From Nitrospiraceae bacterium (GTDB taxonomy: Bacteria > Nitrospirota > Thermodesulfovibrionia > UBA6902): a DNA stretch of 60,880 nucleotides. The position numbers and the translations under genes were made by a program. This document shows, one piece after another, positions 38,574-48,011 of the stretch. The notes beneath the pieces are model-generated. The model ran no database searches. It worked only from the letters and a program-made list of their open reading frames with translations, and was not told the DNA's origin. The stretch lies in the NCBI GenBank assembly GCA_003599425.1, contig QZKC01000052.1, positions 1 to 60,880 on the forward strand. Reading direction: 5' to 3'. The stretch's first letter is position 1. Each line of letters starts with the position of its first letter.

Positions 38574-39031
38574 AGCCCGCTCTCTGATATCTTTTCCGGC
38601 ATGGCGCTGTTTTCAGCAGCATATTTCAGGTCCTGCAGCATCAGGACCGAAAGCTGGTGCAGCCGTCTTTTGGGAATGTGGAAAAAAAGTCTTTTCATCC
38701 AGTTCAGCCTGAATACTTCCCGGCTGGTAAGAAGTGTCTTTCCATTCTGCTCCGCGAAATGAAATTCATGACGCGCAAATATTCCGTGTTTGGAACCCGA
38801 CCAGACGACCCGCTGTCCTGGTATCAACTCTTCAACTACCGGTTCAATATTCACGGGGAATGTAAACGGACGGATGCAGAACTTGAAGGTTTTGCCCTCA
38901 GTCAGTTGGGCTGAATCAGATGTAACATCGCTCACGACCGTGCTCCAGTCCTTCCAGCAGGAGAGGTCTGTAAAGGTATGCCAAACCTTCCTGATCGGCG
39001 CGTTAATTACTATCGATTCACTGATTATCAT
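38552..39031 (-). CDS. SRPBCC (polyketide cyclase/dehydrase) family protein
   Basis: SIVINAPIRKVW..DLSCWKDWS..LQDLKYAAE. Confidence 0.85.
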   Translation of the reverse strand: MIISESIVINAPIRKVWHTFTDLSCWKDWSTVVSDVTSDSAQLTEGKTFKFCIRPFTFPVNIEPVVEELIPGQRVVWSGSKHGIFARHEFHFAEQNGKTLLTSREVFRLNWMKRLFFHIPKRRLHQLSVLMLQDLKYAAENSAMPEKISESGLWEKKSG

Positions 39032-39167
39032 CGGTCTCTTGTTTTACGGGAATTATACGATATAATTTAATTGTCTGGAAAGAAAATTCCGGAAGTGTCA
39101 GTCGTTTCATTACTGACACTGACACCTTTACTTTTGAAATCTATATCTTATTGGAGCTACATTCGTC

Positions 39168-40079
39168 ATGAACAAGACACGAAAAATCTGGAAGGTTCTA
39201 AAGAGTAAACCCACCATCGAAGGTGCCGGTGTTCATTTAAGGAGGGCCTTTGGTTTCAGTGAAGTCCCCCTGTTCGACCCGTTCCTCATGCTTGATGATT
39301 TCCGTTCAGACGATCCCGAATGCTATCTCAAAGGCTTTCCCTGGCACCCTCACCGGGGCATTGAAACAATAACATATGTCCTGAACGGAAAAGTGGAGCA
39401 CGGCGACAGCATGGGGAACAAGGGAGTAATTACGCCCGGCGATGTTCAATGGATGACAGCGGGAAGCGGGATTATCCATCAGGAGATGCCAAAGGGAGAC
39501 AATGACGGCGTAATGGGAGGATTTCAGCTATGGGCAAATCTCCCCGCGTCTCACAAGATGATGGAACCCAGGTACAGAGATGTAAAAAGCGCACAGATAC
39601 CTGAGATGGAACTTGAAAATGGAGTAAGGATCAGAATCATATGCGGCAAGGTTGGCACCAAGCAAGGCCCCGTCAGGGACATTGTCATTGATCCTGAATA
39701 CCTTGACATCTCTGTCCCGCCTGGTTCAGAGTGGGCACACCCAACAAAGCGCGGGCACACGGTATTAGCATATGTGATCGAAGGCAAGGGATATTTCTGC
39801 AAAGAGAAAAACCCGTTCACCTATGAAGTCACAGGAGAGAACTATTTCGATATCCAGCGCGACCCCTTCATCGGCAATGGCACGCTTGTCCTGTTTGATG
39901 ACGGCGATGAAGTCATGGCCATGACCGAAAATGAACCGGTCAGGTTCCTGCTGATATCAGGAAAACCGATCGGCGAGCCGGTTGCGTGGTATGGACCTAT
40001 TGTCATGAACACGCAGGAAGAACTTAAACTTGCCTTTGAGGAATACCGGAACGGTACGTTTATCAGGCACAGGACGTGA
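39168..40079 (+). CDS. Pirin family protein
   Basis: DPFLMLD, HPHRGIETITY, QWMTAGSGIIHQE, GPIVMNT. Confidence 0.95.
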   Translation: MNKTRKIWKVLKSKPTIEGAGVHLRRAFGFSEVPLFDPFLMLDDFRSDDPECYLKGFPWHPHRGIETITYVLNGKVEHGDSMGNKGVITPGDVQWMTAGSGIIHQEMPKGDNDGVMGGFQLWANLPASHKMMEPRYRDVKSAQIPEMELENGVRIRIICGKVGTKQGPVRDIVIDPEYLDISVPPGSEWAHPTKRGHTVLAYVIEGKGYFCKEKNPFTYEVTGENYFDIQRDPFIGNGTLVLFDDGDEVMAMTENEPVRFLLISGKPIGEPVAWYGPIVMNTQEELKLAFEEYRNGTFIRHRT

Positions 40080-40789
40080 GGACAGACATTGTACGGGACA
40101 TAAAGGCTGCACTGAGAAAATCAGGCGATAAAAAGATCGCTGAGCATTCCCGGAGATTTTTCAAGACAGGCAAGGGCGAATATGCTGAAGGGGATAAATT
40201 TCTGGGGATAAGGGTGCCGGTGCTGCGAAAGCTGGTGAGAAAATACCGTGGGATAACGATTGATGAAGCGATGATGCTTCTCATATCAGAATTTCACGAA
40301 GAGCGGTTATTCTCCCTCTTGTCTCTTATTGAGTTATACAAAAAATCAGGAGATGATGCTCAGGGAAGTATATTCAAGCTCTATTTAAGCAGTACGGAGT
40401 ATATCAACAACTGGGACCTTATAGATCTTTCAGCGCCGCATATAGTCGGCGTTTATCTGCAACGCCGTAACAGGGCTCCGCTTTACACACTCGCAGAATC
40501 GGAAAGCCTGTGGGAGCGGAGGATCGCGATCATGGCAACATTCCATTTTATCAGGCAGAATGATTTTAGTGATGCACTGGAGATATCGCGACTTTTTTTG
40601 AAAGACAGGGAAGACCTGATACATAAGGCAACCGGCTGGATGCTGCGGGAGGTCTGGAAGAGGGACACTGAGTCTGCGGAACAGTTTCTCAGCAAGCGCT
40701 GCAGGAGCATGCCGCGCACCACGTTACGTTACGCGATAGAGAAATTACCTGAAAAGAAAAGGATCCGTTATCTGAAAGGAGAAATATAA
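40076..40789 (+). CDS. DNA alkylation repair protein (AlkD family)
   Basis: FFKTGKGEY..FLGIRVP, NNWDLID, LWERR, HKATGWMLRE, PRTTLRYAIE. Confidence 0.88.
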   Translation: MRTDIVRDIKAALRKSGDKKIAEHSRRFFKTGKGEYAEGDKFLGIRVPVLRKLVRKYRGITIDEAMMLLISEFHEERLFSLLSLIELYKKSGDDAQGSIFKLYLSSTEYINNWDLIDLSAPHIVGVYLQRRNRAPLYTLAESESLWERRIAIMATFHFIRQNDFSDALEISRLFLKDREDLIHKATGWMLREVWKRDTESAEQFLSKRCRSMPRTTLRYAIEKLPEKKRIRYLKGEI

Positions 40790-40791
40790 TT

Positions 40792-41151
40792 ATGCCAATA
40801 CTGATCAGAAGACCTGTCGTGATCGCCTCGGCAGGAAATAAGCCAAAGGAGATCAGGGAATATGTCGGACGTGTCAATACTAAGACAAGTGATGTAAGCA
40901 TTGCGCGGATGAAGAGTCCAGGCGGATGGATCGAGCCCGGGCAGCAGCCTGAGTTCGATGAGTATACCCTAATATTGCGCGGCATGCTCAGGGTCACGAC
41001 AAAGACAGAGATGATCGATGTCCATGAAGGAGAGGCGGTACTTGTACAGCAGGGCGAATGGGTGCAATACAGCACTCCGGAGCCGGATGGGGCAGAGTAT
41101 GTCGCCGTGTGTCTTCCCGCATTCTCGCCTGAGAGTGTGCACAGGGATTAA
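40792..41151 (+). CDS. Cupin domain protein
   Basis: EPGQQPEFDEYT..GEWVQYSTP..PAFSP. Confidence 0.85.
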   Translation: MPILIRRPVVIASAGNKPKEIREYVGRVNTKTSDVSIARMKSPGGWIEPGQQPEFDEYTLILRGMLRVTTKTEMIDVHEGEAVLVQQGEWVQYSTPEPDGAEYVAVCLPAFSPESVHRD

Positions 41152-41277
41152 TTCGGACTATTCGCAAGTCTGGAGCAAGTATGGGTGGCTTGCTCCAAAA
41201 TAAATTTATGAACAATCCGAATAAAGCGCATTGTGATATGCTATCCAGATGAAAGACCAGAAGGGATGTTTAGATAT

Positions 41278-41426
41278 CACAAAGGCAAGCCTGTCTCAGG
41301 ATTTCTATAATCGACAGGATTGTTTGCATTTTGTCTTTTCATTTTACAAAGGTAATCTTTCGATAAGATTCGAAGTCTTTTTTTCAAAGGTGTCGTACAG
41401 AAATCTTCGTCAGCCTCACCTTTGTG
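41278..41426. repeat. Long hairpin intergenic element, copy B
   Basis: Same arms as copy A with a diverged interior; followed by CCTTTGNN octamers. Confidence 0.8.
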
Positions 41427-41491
41427 CCTTTGCTCCTTTGTCCCTGGGTGCCTTCTATTGGAACAGAGTTCGCTATGAATAACCTGTGCTG

Positions 41492-44473
41492 CTACAATAT
41501 CACCTCGATCACCATCTTTTTATCCTTTCGCTGCACTTCTACCTTCACGCTGCCGCCGGTGGATTTATAAAGGAGATGGATCTTGACATCCTCTATGCTC
41601 TTCACGGGTTCGCCGTCAACTGACAGTATCAGATCGCCTGCCTTGATCCCGGCCTTCTCAGAGACGCTGCCTTCAGGAAACCCGGTTATCTTAAGCCCCT
41701 CTTTTTCTTCTGACAGGAAGACCATGAGCCTGGGCGACGTAATGCCTTCTACAGATTTTGGAAAGACAACATAATCGGCTATTCCCTTTTCCACCTCGGA
41801 GTCTATCAGTATGATCGCGTAGTCTTTGCCGTTACGCCTGAACGTCCTTTTAGGGATGCCTGAGCCGTATTCAAGATGCCCCCTCCCGGCGAGCGCTACG
41901 ACCTGAAAATCGGGATTTGATGAGAGGAACTTGTCTATGGAGCGCGACATTGTCTCATCCCACAATAACTGCGCCTGGTAAAAATATTCAAAGTTTTTCT
42001 TCTCGGAGTTTTTATGCTGCTCGAAAATGTTCTTCAGCCGCTCCCGGTACTCGCCGTCTGAAAAATCCATATGCAGCGGTATCTGCCCCTTTTCATCTTC
42101 AGTGAGAGAATCAATGCCTTCACGCGATACTTTTTCAATGACCTCCCGCTGCATGTTCAGGGCGATCACAGGCAGCTTCTGTTCCCGTGCAAAATCGAGT
42201 ATCGGCTTGTAAAGGTTGTAATCAAATCCCCATCTTTTGAAGTATTCCGATTCCCTGAGAAAGTCAGCCTCTTCCATAGTCCCTGCTATATACTTGTCGA
42301 GGGTCTCCTGGAACGGCCTCTGGAACATCTCCATCCCGACCGCAACCTTTTTATTCTTGCCGTATAACCCTTTGATGATGTCAAGCTGCACCGCATGATG
42401 CGCGAACACGTCATGCATCTCTCCGACATAGACTATCTTCCTGCCAGCGATGTTCTCAGTGATCTCTGACAGCTTTCTCAGTGTGGAGAGATCGACAACC
42501 GGAGCCTCTTCATGCGTATACATAATAATTCCCCTCTCTGTCTGCTCTGTTTCCTTCGCAGTATTTTTACCGTTCTCAAACAGGAGCCTGCTGTATTTGC
42601 CATAATGGGTGATCTTACCGAAAGCGGCATCAGCCTCCTCCTTTGTTTTAGCGTTTATTACCGCAATGACTTTTTGCGGGTTCAGGGGGTTTTCTTTTAC
42701 CTGCACCAGAAACCCCGCGTCGTCAGATGTGAGCTTTCCAAACAGTCTGCTGAGCACCGGGCTGTCAGCTCCAAGAACCAGCACAGAGCACGTTTGTATG
42801 TCTGAGTCCTTCAGTTCCTCTGCTGTTTTTCGGACCCCGTCCTGTTTTGCAAAGTAGTCGATGATATTTTGATACATCTCTTCATTGCCGGGGGACGCAA
42901 CAATGTATGGGCCCTTTTCTGCCAGAAGCCGCTCGATCACAGGCGGGAACTCTCTGGCGGAAAGTTCACGGGCCGTATCATAATTCTCATCAAATACTAT
43001 CTTCTCCGGCCTCTCCCGAAAGGTAAAATAGAACCTGTTCTTTTCCCTGTCAATAAGAAGCTGTTTCTCAAAAGCATTATTGTTTGCCTGCACAGTCATG
43101 GGAAGCGTGAGAGAAAAAGGTTTGCCCGTCTGGCTGACCATGAAACTGACCGCGTATTCACTGCCCTGCTGCTGTACCTGCAAGTCCTCTATCGAAATCC
43201 CTGCCAATCCCTTGTCAGCGACCCATTGTGTGAAAAACGGCATCAGGTCCTCCCGGTAATATTTCTGGAACGATTTTTTCAGGTCCTCCCATGAAGCCGC
43301 CTGAAAACGGTTTTCCCGGACAATATCGCGCAGCCCTTCAAAAAATGCCTCATCCCCCATCATCTTCCTGAGCATATGAAAGACCATCGCAGTTTTCCCG
43401 TATCCGATGACCCGTGTCGCGGGATCAAATCTCCCCTTGAAATCAATGAGCGGGAATTCATTCTCCGGCGTGATATAGCTCTGATAGTCTGTAAGTATCT
43501 GCTTTCTGTATTCCCATCCCTTATCTTTCTGTTCTTCATACCAATGGTCAGAAAGATAGGTGGTCAACCCCTCAGCCCAGTTGCCCTTTTGATGATCAAT
43601 ATATACGTGATTGCCGAACCACTGGTGCAGTATCTCGTGTCCCAGGGAAGTTTCAACTATGAACGGGAGGTTGACTATTGTCTTGCCAAGCAGCGTAAAT
43701 GTCGGGAAGGAATAACCCGTGGGAAGGAAATTTTCAACCACGGAAAATCTCCTGTAGGGGAATTTACCCGCAAACTCTTCGTAGAGCTTCAGGTATTTTT
43801 TCGTGAATTCAATATAGGTATCCGCAAGATGTGAGTCTTCTGCAAAAAAATATGCATAGATCTCTATGTCATTGTACATGCCTTTTTTGACATCATATTT
43901 GTCCGACGCCATCAGGTTCACTCCATCAAGAGGATTGGGAAAATCGAAATAAAACTCCACGGTGTCATTCAGGACAACCTTCCTGATGCTCTCTGCCTCG
44001 GATACTGCTTCATATCCTTTTGGCAGGGTTGCTTTAACTTTATAATAATAGTCTCCTCCGATATCAGGATACCATGCGTCTGTAAGTGAAATGCCTCTTG
44101 AATCAATCACATTGGATACCATATCCACGGAATGCCGGGGCAGCGGTTTGCTGTCCTTGAATGACAGGGTATAGCCAATCTCCAGGGTTCCGTCCTTATC
44201 GGGAAAGACATTCACAGTTCTTACCTTATCTTTCAGGGGGATATCTTCGCCGTTTAGTTTCATGAAATGTATCCTGAGCGCCCCCTTTCTTACCAGCATG
44301 ATTTCCTTCCATGCGGCGACCCCGATGCGGGCTGTTCCCGAAAGCTCAGATTTTTCGATATCTATTAAGACATCAAGGTCATAAGTGTTCACAGGCGAGG
44401 CATGCGGGGCCTCAGGTAGAAATAAAAGTAATATTGCCATGAGTACTATGCTTGCAAGGTATCTCTGTTTCAT
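41492..44473 (-). CDS. Exported M1 aminopeptidase - ChaN - PDZ fusion protein
   Basis: Signal peptide from MKQRYL (44473); HEILHQWFGN..EG; YGK; ChaN motifs YVGEMH, GMEMF, AQLLWDETM, AGRGH; C-terminal PDZ. Confidence 0.85.
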   Translation of the reverse strand: MKQRYLASIVLMAILLLFLPEAPHASPVNTYDLDVLIDIEKSELSGTARIGVAAWKEIMLVRKGALRIHFMKLNGEDIPLKDKVRTVNVFPDKDGTLEIGYTLSFKDSKPLPRHSVDMVSNVIDSRGISLTDAWYPDIGGDYYYKVKATLPKGYEAVSEAESIRKVVLNDTVEFYFDFPNPLDGVNLMASDKYDVKKGMYNDIEIYAYFFAEDSHLADTYIEFTKKYLKLYEEFAGKFPYRRFSVVENFLPTGYSFPTFTLLGKTIVNLPFIVETSLGHEILHQWFGNHVYIDHQKGNWAEGLTTYLSDHWYEEQKDKGWEYRKQILTDYQSYITPENEFPLIDFKGRFDPATRVIGYGKTAMVFHMLRKMMGDEAFFEGLRDIVRENRFQAASWEDLKKSFQKYYREDLMPFFTQWVADKGLAGISIEDLQVQQQGSEYAVSFMVSQTGKPFSLTLPMTVQANNNAFEKQLLIDREKNRFYFTFRERPEKIVFDENYDTARELSAREFPPVIERLLAEKGPYIVASPGNEEMYQNIIDYFAKQDGVRKTAEELKDSDIQTCSVLVLGADSPVLSRLFGKLTSDDAGFLVQVKENPLNPQKVIAVINAKTKEEADAAFGKITHYGKYSRLLFENGKNTAKETEQTERGIIMYTHEEAPVVDLSTLRKLSEITENIAGRKIVYVGEMHDVFAHHAVQLDIIKGLYGKNKKVAVGMEMFQRPFQETLDKYIAGTMEEADFLRESEYFKRWGFDYNLYKPILDFAREQKLPVIALNMQREVIEKVSREGIDSLTEDEKGQIPLHMDFSDGEYRERLKNIFEQHKNSEKKNFEYFYQAQLLWDETMSRSIDKFLSSNPDFQVVALAGRGHLEYGSGIPKRTFRRNGKDYAIILIDSEVEKGIADYVVFPKSVEGITSPRLMVFLSEEKEGLKITGFPEGSVSEKAGIKAGDLILSVDGEPVKSIEDVKIHLLYKSTGGSVKVEVQRKDKKMVIEVIL

Positions 44474-44833
44474 TTCTTTTGTTGGGCTCCTTAATATCAG
44501 ATTCACTATGAAAAACAATGTACCAACAAGTATATCAAAACAGGACACGGAGAGCTAACCTTCTACACAAAATAGTTTCAATGCAGGGAGCGGGCAGGTT
44601 TTAAAAATGCATAACTCGATATGTGGTATACAATTCTTTTCCCCTGTTTTGTTCATGAATCATTTTAATTTTTTAATAGATACGTCATTATTACTCATGG
44701 TATCGACATGCATTTTTTTAAAATCTGCCCTCTCCTTGCGCTATCAGACATAACTGTTGATACCGTCCCATTCCTTGAATAAATATTGAAGACAGGATAT
44801 ATTGAACAGTAAAAAAATACACTTGTTTAACCG

Positions 44834-45316
44834 ATGAAACAAAAAACAAAAAATTCTCTCCTGCTCGGGATCATTTCCGACACTCACGGCCTGCTGCGTC
44901 CTGAAGCTGTTCAAGTCCTGCAAGGAAGTAATATGATCATTCATGCAGGGGATATTGGCAAAGTGGAGATCATTGATCAACTGAGCACAATTGCCCCTGT
45001 TATCGCAGTAAGGGGGAATATGGACAGCGATCACTGGGCATCTAAGCTCCGGCTGACTGAGATCGTGGAACTGGATAAAACGATGCTCTACGTCATCCAT
45101 AATCTTTCATCACTTGATCTGGAACCTGCGGTTTCAAATCTTCATATTGTTGTCAGCGGGCATACACACAGGCCTTCCATAAGCACACATAAGGGGGTGC
45201 TCTACATCAATCCCGGAAGCGCTGGGCCAAAGCGGTTCACCCTCCCGGTGTCAGTTGCCCTGCTCAGGATCAACAGGACATCGCTGGACCCAAAAATTGT
45301 GGAACTGACCCGATGA
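44834..45316 (+). CDS. Metallophosphoesterase, YfcE/Vps29 family
   Basis: SDTHG, HAGD, RGNMD, GHTH, NPGS. Confidence 0.92.
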   Translation: MKQKTKNSLLLGIISDTHGLLRPEAVQVLQGSNMIIHAGDIGKVEIIDQLSTIAPVIAVRGNMDSDHWASKLRLTEIVELDKTMLYVIHNLSSLDLEPAVSNLHIVVSGHTHRPSISTHKGVLYINPGSAGPKRFTLPVSVALLRINRTSLDPKIVELTR

Positions 45317-45344
45317 TACATTCTGATTCCGTCCCAATTCAAGG

Positions 45345-45500
45345 CACAAAGGGAAATCTGCGGAGGAATTTCTGTACGACACCTCTAAAAACGAGTCAGG
45401 AGTTTAGAGTTTGGAAAATAATAAAAACAAAACAGCGCAAAGAAAAATGTAAAATGTCTTGTGTCGATTAGAGAAATTCCGGAGCAGGCTTCCCTTTTTT
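45345..45500. repeat. Long hairpin intergenic element, copy C (reverse of A/B)
   Basis: AATTTCTGTACGACAC ... GTGTCGATTAGAGAAATT; abuts the transposase inverted repeat. Confidence 0.85.
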
Positions 45501-46307
45501 AGGGACACTTTTTTAGGGACACATCCCATATTTTCACATATCATTATGCTTTCTTGGTCTTCCCCGAGGCAACGGGAACATTCTCCTCTGAAATTTATTT
45601 TCCATTTCTCCGACAAACTGCTCCTTACCAAGCGGCCTGCCTGTTCTCGTGAAATATCTTATTTCGTTCATTTCATCTTCAGGAATACTTGTCCGAACAA
45701 ATTCTGCATAATCCTTCCCTTGCTTTTCGTCAAATAATGGTTCGCCTATAATTTCATCTTTCGTCCCATTCAGGTGAGCACACGCGCTCGAATAAGGAAA
45801 TTCATCAACCATCCTTACAATCTTTGCCCTCACAGGATTCTGTTCAATGTACCTTGCCACTGCCCACAGATATTTCTCGTTATCAACTATGCATGAATGA
45901 TATCTGCTTTCCCATAGTCTGCCAGTGCGCTTGTATTTTCTGTTTACATATTGTGTATAACATAGCGTGATCCCCTGCATCATTTTGCAAAGTGATTTTT
46001 CTTCATGAGGCTTGACCAGCAAATGTACATGATTGGTCATTAAACAATAGACCAGTATCTGTGATTTCCATTTTTCGGAATATTTCTTCAGCAAAAACAG
46101 ATATTTTTCTTTATCCCTCTTATCGAAAAAAACTTGTTCCTTATTGTTCCCTCTTTGAACAACATGATGCGGATATCCCTCTGCTACTGCCCGCGCAATT
46201 CTCGGCATTGTGTCCCCTTAATTTGTTGGATGAAATGAATCTGAGTCCCACGCGGAAATTATTCTACTGAATGAAGTTTTTGTTTGTCAAAAATGGGATG
46301 TGTCCCT
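45501..46307 (-). mobile_element. Y1 transposase element bounded by inverted repeats
   Basis: AGGGACACATCCCATATTTT (45515-45534, with partial duplicate at 45501) and AAAATGGGATGTGTCCCT (46290-46307). Confidence 0.7.
45534..46208 (-). CDS. IS200-like Y1/HUH transposase, RAYT-type
   Basis: MPRIAR..HHVVQRGNN, YCLMTNHVHLL (HUH), LWESRY, YIEQNPVRA, PYSS, C-terminal RGRPRK. Confidence 0.9.
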   Translation of the reverse strand: MPRIARAVAEGYPHHVVQRGNNKEQVFFDKRDKEKYLFLLKKYSEKWKSQILVYCLMTNHVHLLVKPHEEKSLCKMMQGITLCYTQYVNRKYKRTGRLWESRYHSCIVDNEKYLWAVARYIEQNPVRAKIVRMVDEFPYSSACAHLNGTKDEIIGEPLFDEKQGKDYAEFVRTSIPEDEMNEIRYFTRTGRPLGKEQFVGEMENKFQRRMFPLPRGRPRKHNDM

Positions 46308-46346
46308 CTTTTTCAATTCCTGCTCCTTTCAGTGTATGATAGAACC

Positions 46347-46976
46347 ATGAACTTTAAGATCGATCTGCATGTACATACAAAATTCAGCGGAGACAATTAT
46401 ACGGAACCCGAAGAAACCGTTATAAACGCCATTCAGAGGAACCTGCAGGGGATCGTTTTTACTGAACACTACTCATATGAAGCATCAGAACACGCGGAGT
46501 CGTTGAAAGAAAAATATAGAAATGAGATCATGATCTTCCGTGGAGTTGAGTTTTCAGCGGCAGAAGGTCACTGCCTTATCTTTGGAGTCAATACAGACAA
46601 GCTGTCCATGTCTCACGCGCCGATTGAGGATATTGTCAGGATCGTCAGTGAATCCGGCGGGATTGTCATCCCTTCCCATCCGTTCCGTGGAGGGACCGGC
46701 ATAGGCAGTATTGTCGAAAAGATAAAAGGCTTCACTGCCATTGAAGGCTATAACGGTTACAGCCATCATTCCCAGAACATGAAGGCCATAGAGGCTGCAA
46801 AAATATTGAACCTCCCTTTTACCGGAGGTTCTGACGCTCATGAGCCCGGGGAGGTCGGAGCCTGTTATACCGAGTGTTATGAAGAGGTGACCATCGATAA
46901 CTTCCTCACTGTGTTGAAGGCAGGTAATTATCAGGGAGTGGATACCAGAAAAGTAAGCAAAGCCTGGGTGTTTTAA
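46347..46976 (+). CDS. PHP-domain metal-dependent phosphoesterase
   Basis: DLHVHT, TEH, GVE, SHPFR, GGSDAH. Confidence 0.88.
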   Translation: MNFKIDLHVHTKFSGDNYTEPEETVINAIQRNLQGIVFTEHYSYEASEHAESLKEKYRNEIMIFRGVEFSAAEGHCLIFGVNTDKLSMSHAPIEDIVRIVSESGGIVIPSHPFRGGTGIGSIVEKIKGFTAIEGYNGYSHHSQNMKAIEAAKILNLPFTGGSDAHEPGEVGACYTECYEEVTIDNFLTVLKAGNYQGVDTRKVSKAWVF

Positions 46977-47008
46977 AAACCGGTTGCAAAGGGACAAAGT
47001 GGCAAAGG

Positions 47009-47171
47009 CACAAAGGGTAGTTTGCGAAGGAATTTCTGTACGACACCGTTAAAAGCGAGCTATGAGTTTGGAGTTATTGGTTCAGAAAAAGATAAAATGA
47101 AACAGCGCAAAGAAAAAATTCAAAATGTCTTGTGTCGATTAGAGAAATTCTGCAGTAAACTGACCTTTGTG
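47009..47171. repeat. Long hairpin intergenic element, copy D (same orientation as C)
   Basis: CACAAAGGGTAGTTTGCGAAGGAATTTCTGTACGACAC ... GTGTCGATTAGAGAAATTCTGCAGTAAACTGACCTTTGTG. Confidence 0.85.
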
Positions 47172-47196
47172 CAAGAGTGAGGTCTTGAATTAACTA

Positions 47197-47841
47197 ATGA
47201 AAAAAGCTCTCATCACATTTGTAAAAGCGCCTGTGCCCGGCACGGTAAAGACCCGTCTGCAGGCTGACCTGCCTGCAGAGACAGTTACTGATATTTACAA
47301 ATCTTTCGTAACTGAAATAGCATCCCGATGCTCGCGTCTGAAGGGAATTGACAGATTGCTGGGCTGTGCGCCCTCAACGGAACATGATTTTCTGATGGAA
47401 ATTTCTCGCAGATACAAACTGAAAGGTTTTGACCAGAAGGGCAGCGATCTTGGAGAAAAGATCATTAACGCCTTTCAGGACCATTTCAGGAAAGGGTATT
47501 CAGAAATAGTTTTGATCGGAAGCGACAGTCCCACGATCCCGATGAATTATATCAGGAAGGCTTTTTCCGCCTTAACAAAGCATGACTTTGTCCTTGGGCC
47601 CTGCTGCGACGGAGGCCTTTACCTCATAGGGGCAAAAAAGAAAATCGAAACCGCAATATTTCAGAACATTGCGTGGGACACATCCGGGGTCCTGAATAAG
47701 GTCCTTGACAACGTCGAACCTCTTGGCCTCAAACTCTCTCTCCTCCCATTCTGGTATGATGTGGATACTATTGCGGAACTGCGGTTCCTGAAAAAGCACC
47801 TCCGCTACCTGAACAGAAAGCTCCCCCTTCCCGGCGTCTGA
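47197..47841 (+). CDS. DUF2064/TIGR04282 family glycosyltransferase-like protein
   Basis: KAPVPGTVKTRL, QKGSDLGEK, IGSDSP, GPCCDGGLYLIG, DVDT. Confidence 0.85.
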   Translation: MKKALITFVKAPVPGTVKTRLQADLPAETVTDIYKSFVTEIASRCSRLKGIDRLLGCAPSTEHDFLMEISRRYKLKGFDQKGSDLGEKIINAFQDHFRKGYSEIVLIGSDSPTIPMNYIRKAFSALTKHDFVLGPCCDGGLYLIGAKKKIETAIFQNIAWDTSGVLNKVLDNVEPLGLKLSLLPFWYDVDTIAELRFLKKHLRYLNRKLPLPGV

Positions 47842-47934
47842 TCTTTTCCTGCCTTCATTCTATCTTCCCCTTGCTTTCTTCTTTTTTATATGATATATGC
47901 TTATTAAACATTTAAGAGGAACTGTATAATACGG

Positions 47935-47964
47935 CTTGACACAAATCGTATCAAGATGTATTCT
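47935..47964 (+). promoter_or_regulatory. dnaJ promoter overlapped by a HAIR-like HspR operator
   Basis: TTGACA-17-TATTCT; CTTGA-N11-TCAAG at 47935-47955 has HAIR spacing. Confidence 0.6.
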
Positions 47965-48011
47965 ATTTTTTAGCGGCTAGAGTTTTTTAACAATTTAATA
48001 AAGGAACATGC

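Noticed and set aside
41249-41482. 77-aa ORF
   Set aside because: Reads through repeat copy B; no protein features.
17024-47171. Long hairpin repeats as a CRISPR array or integron attC array
   Set aside because: Dispersed rather than regularly spaced; no cas or intI gene in the window; no RYYYAAC/GTTRRRY ends.
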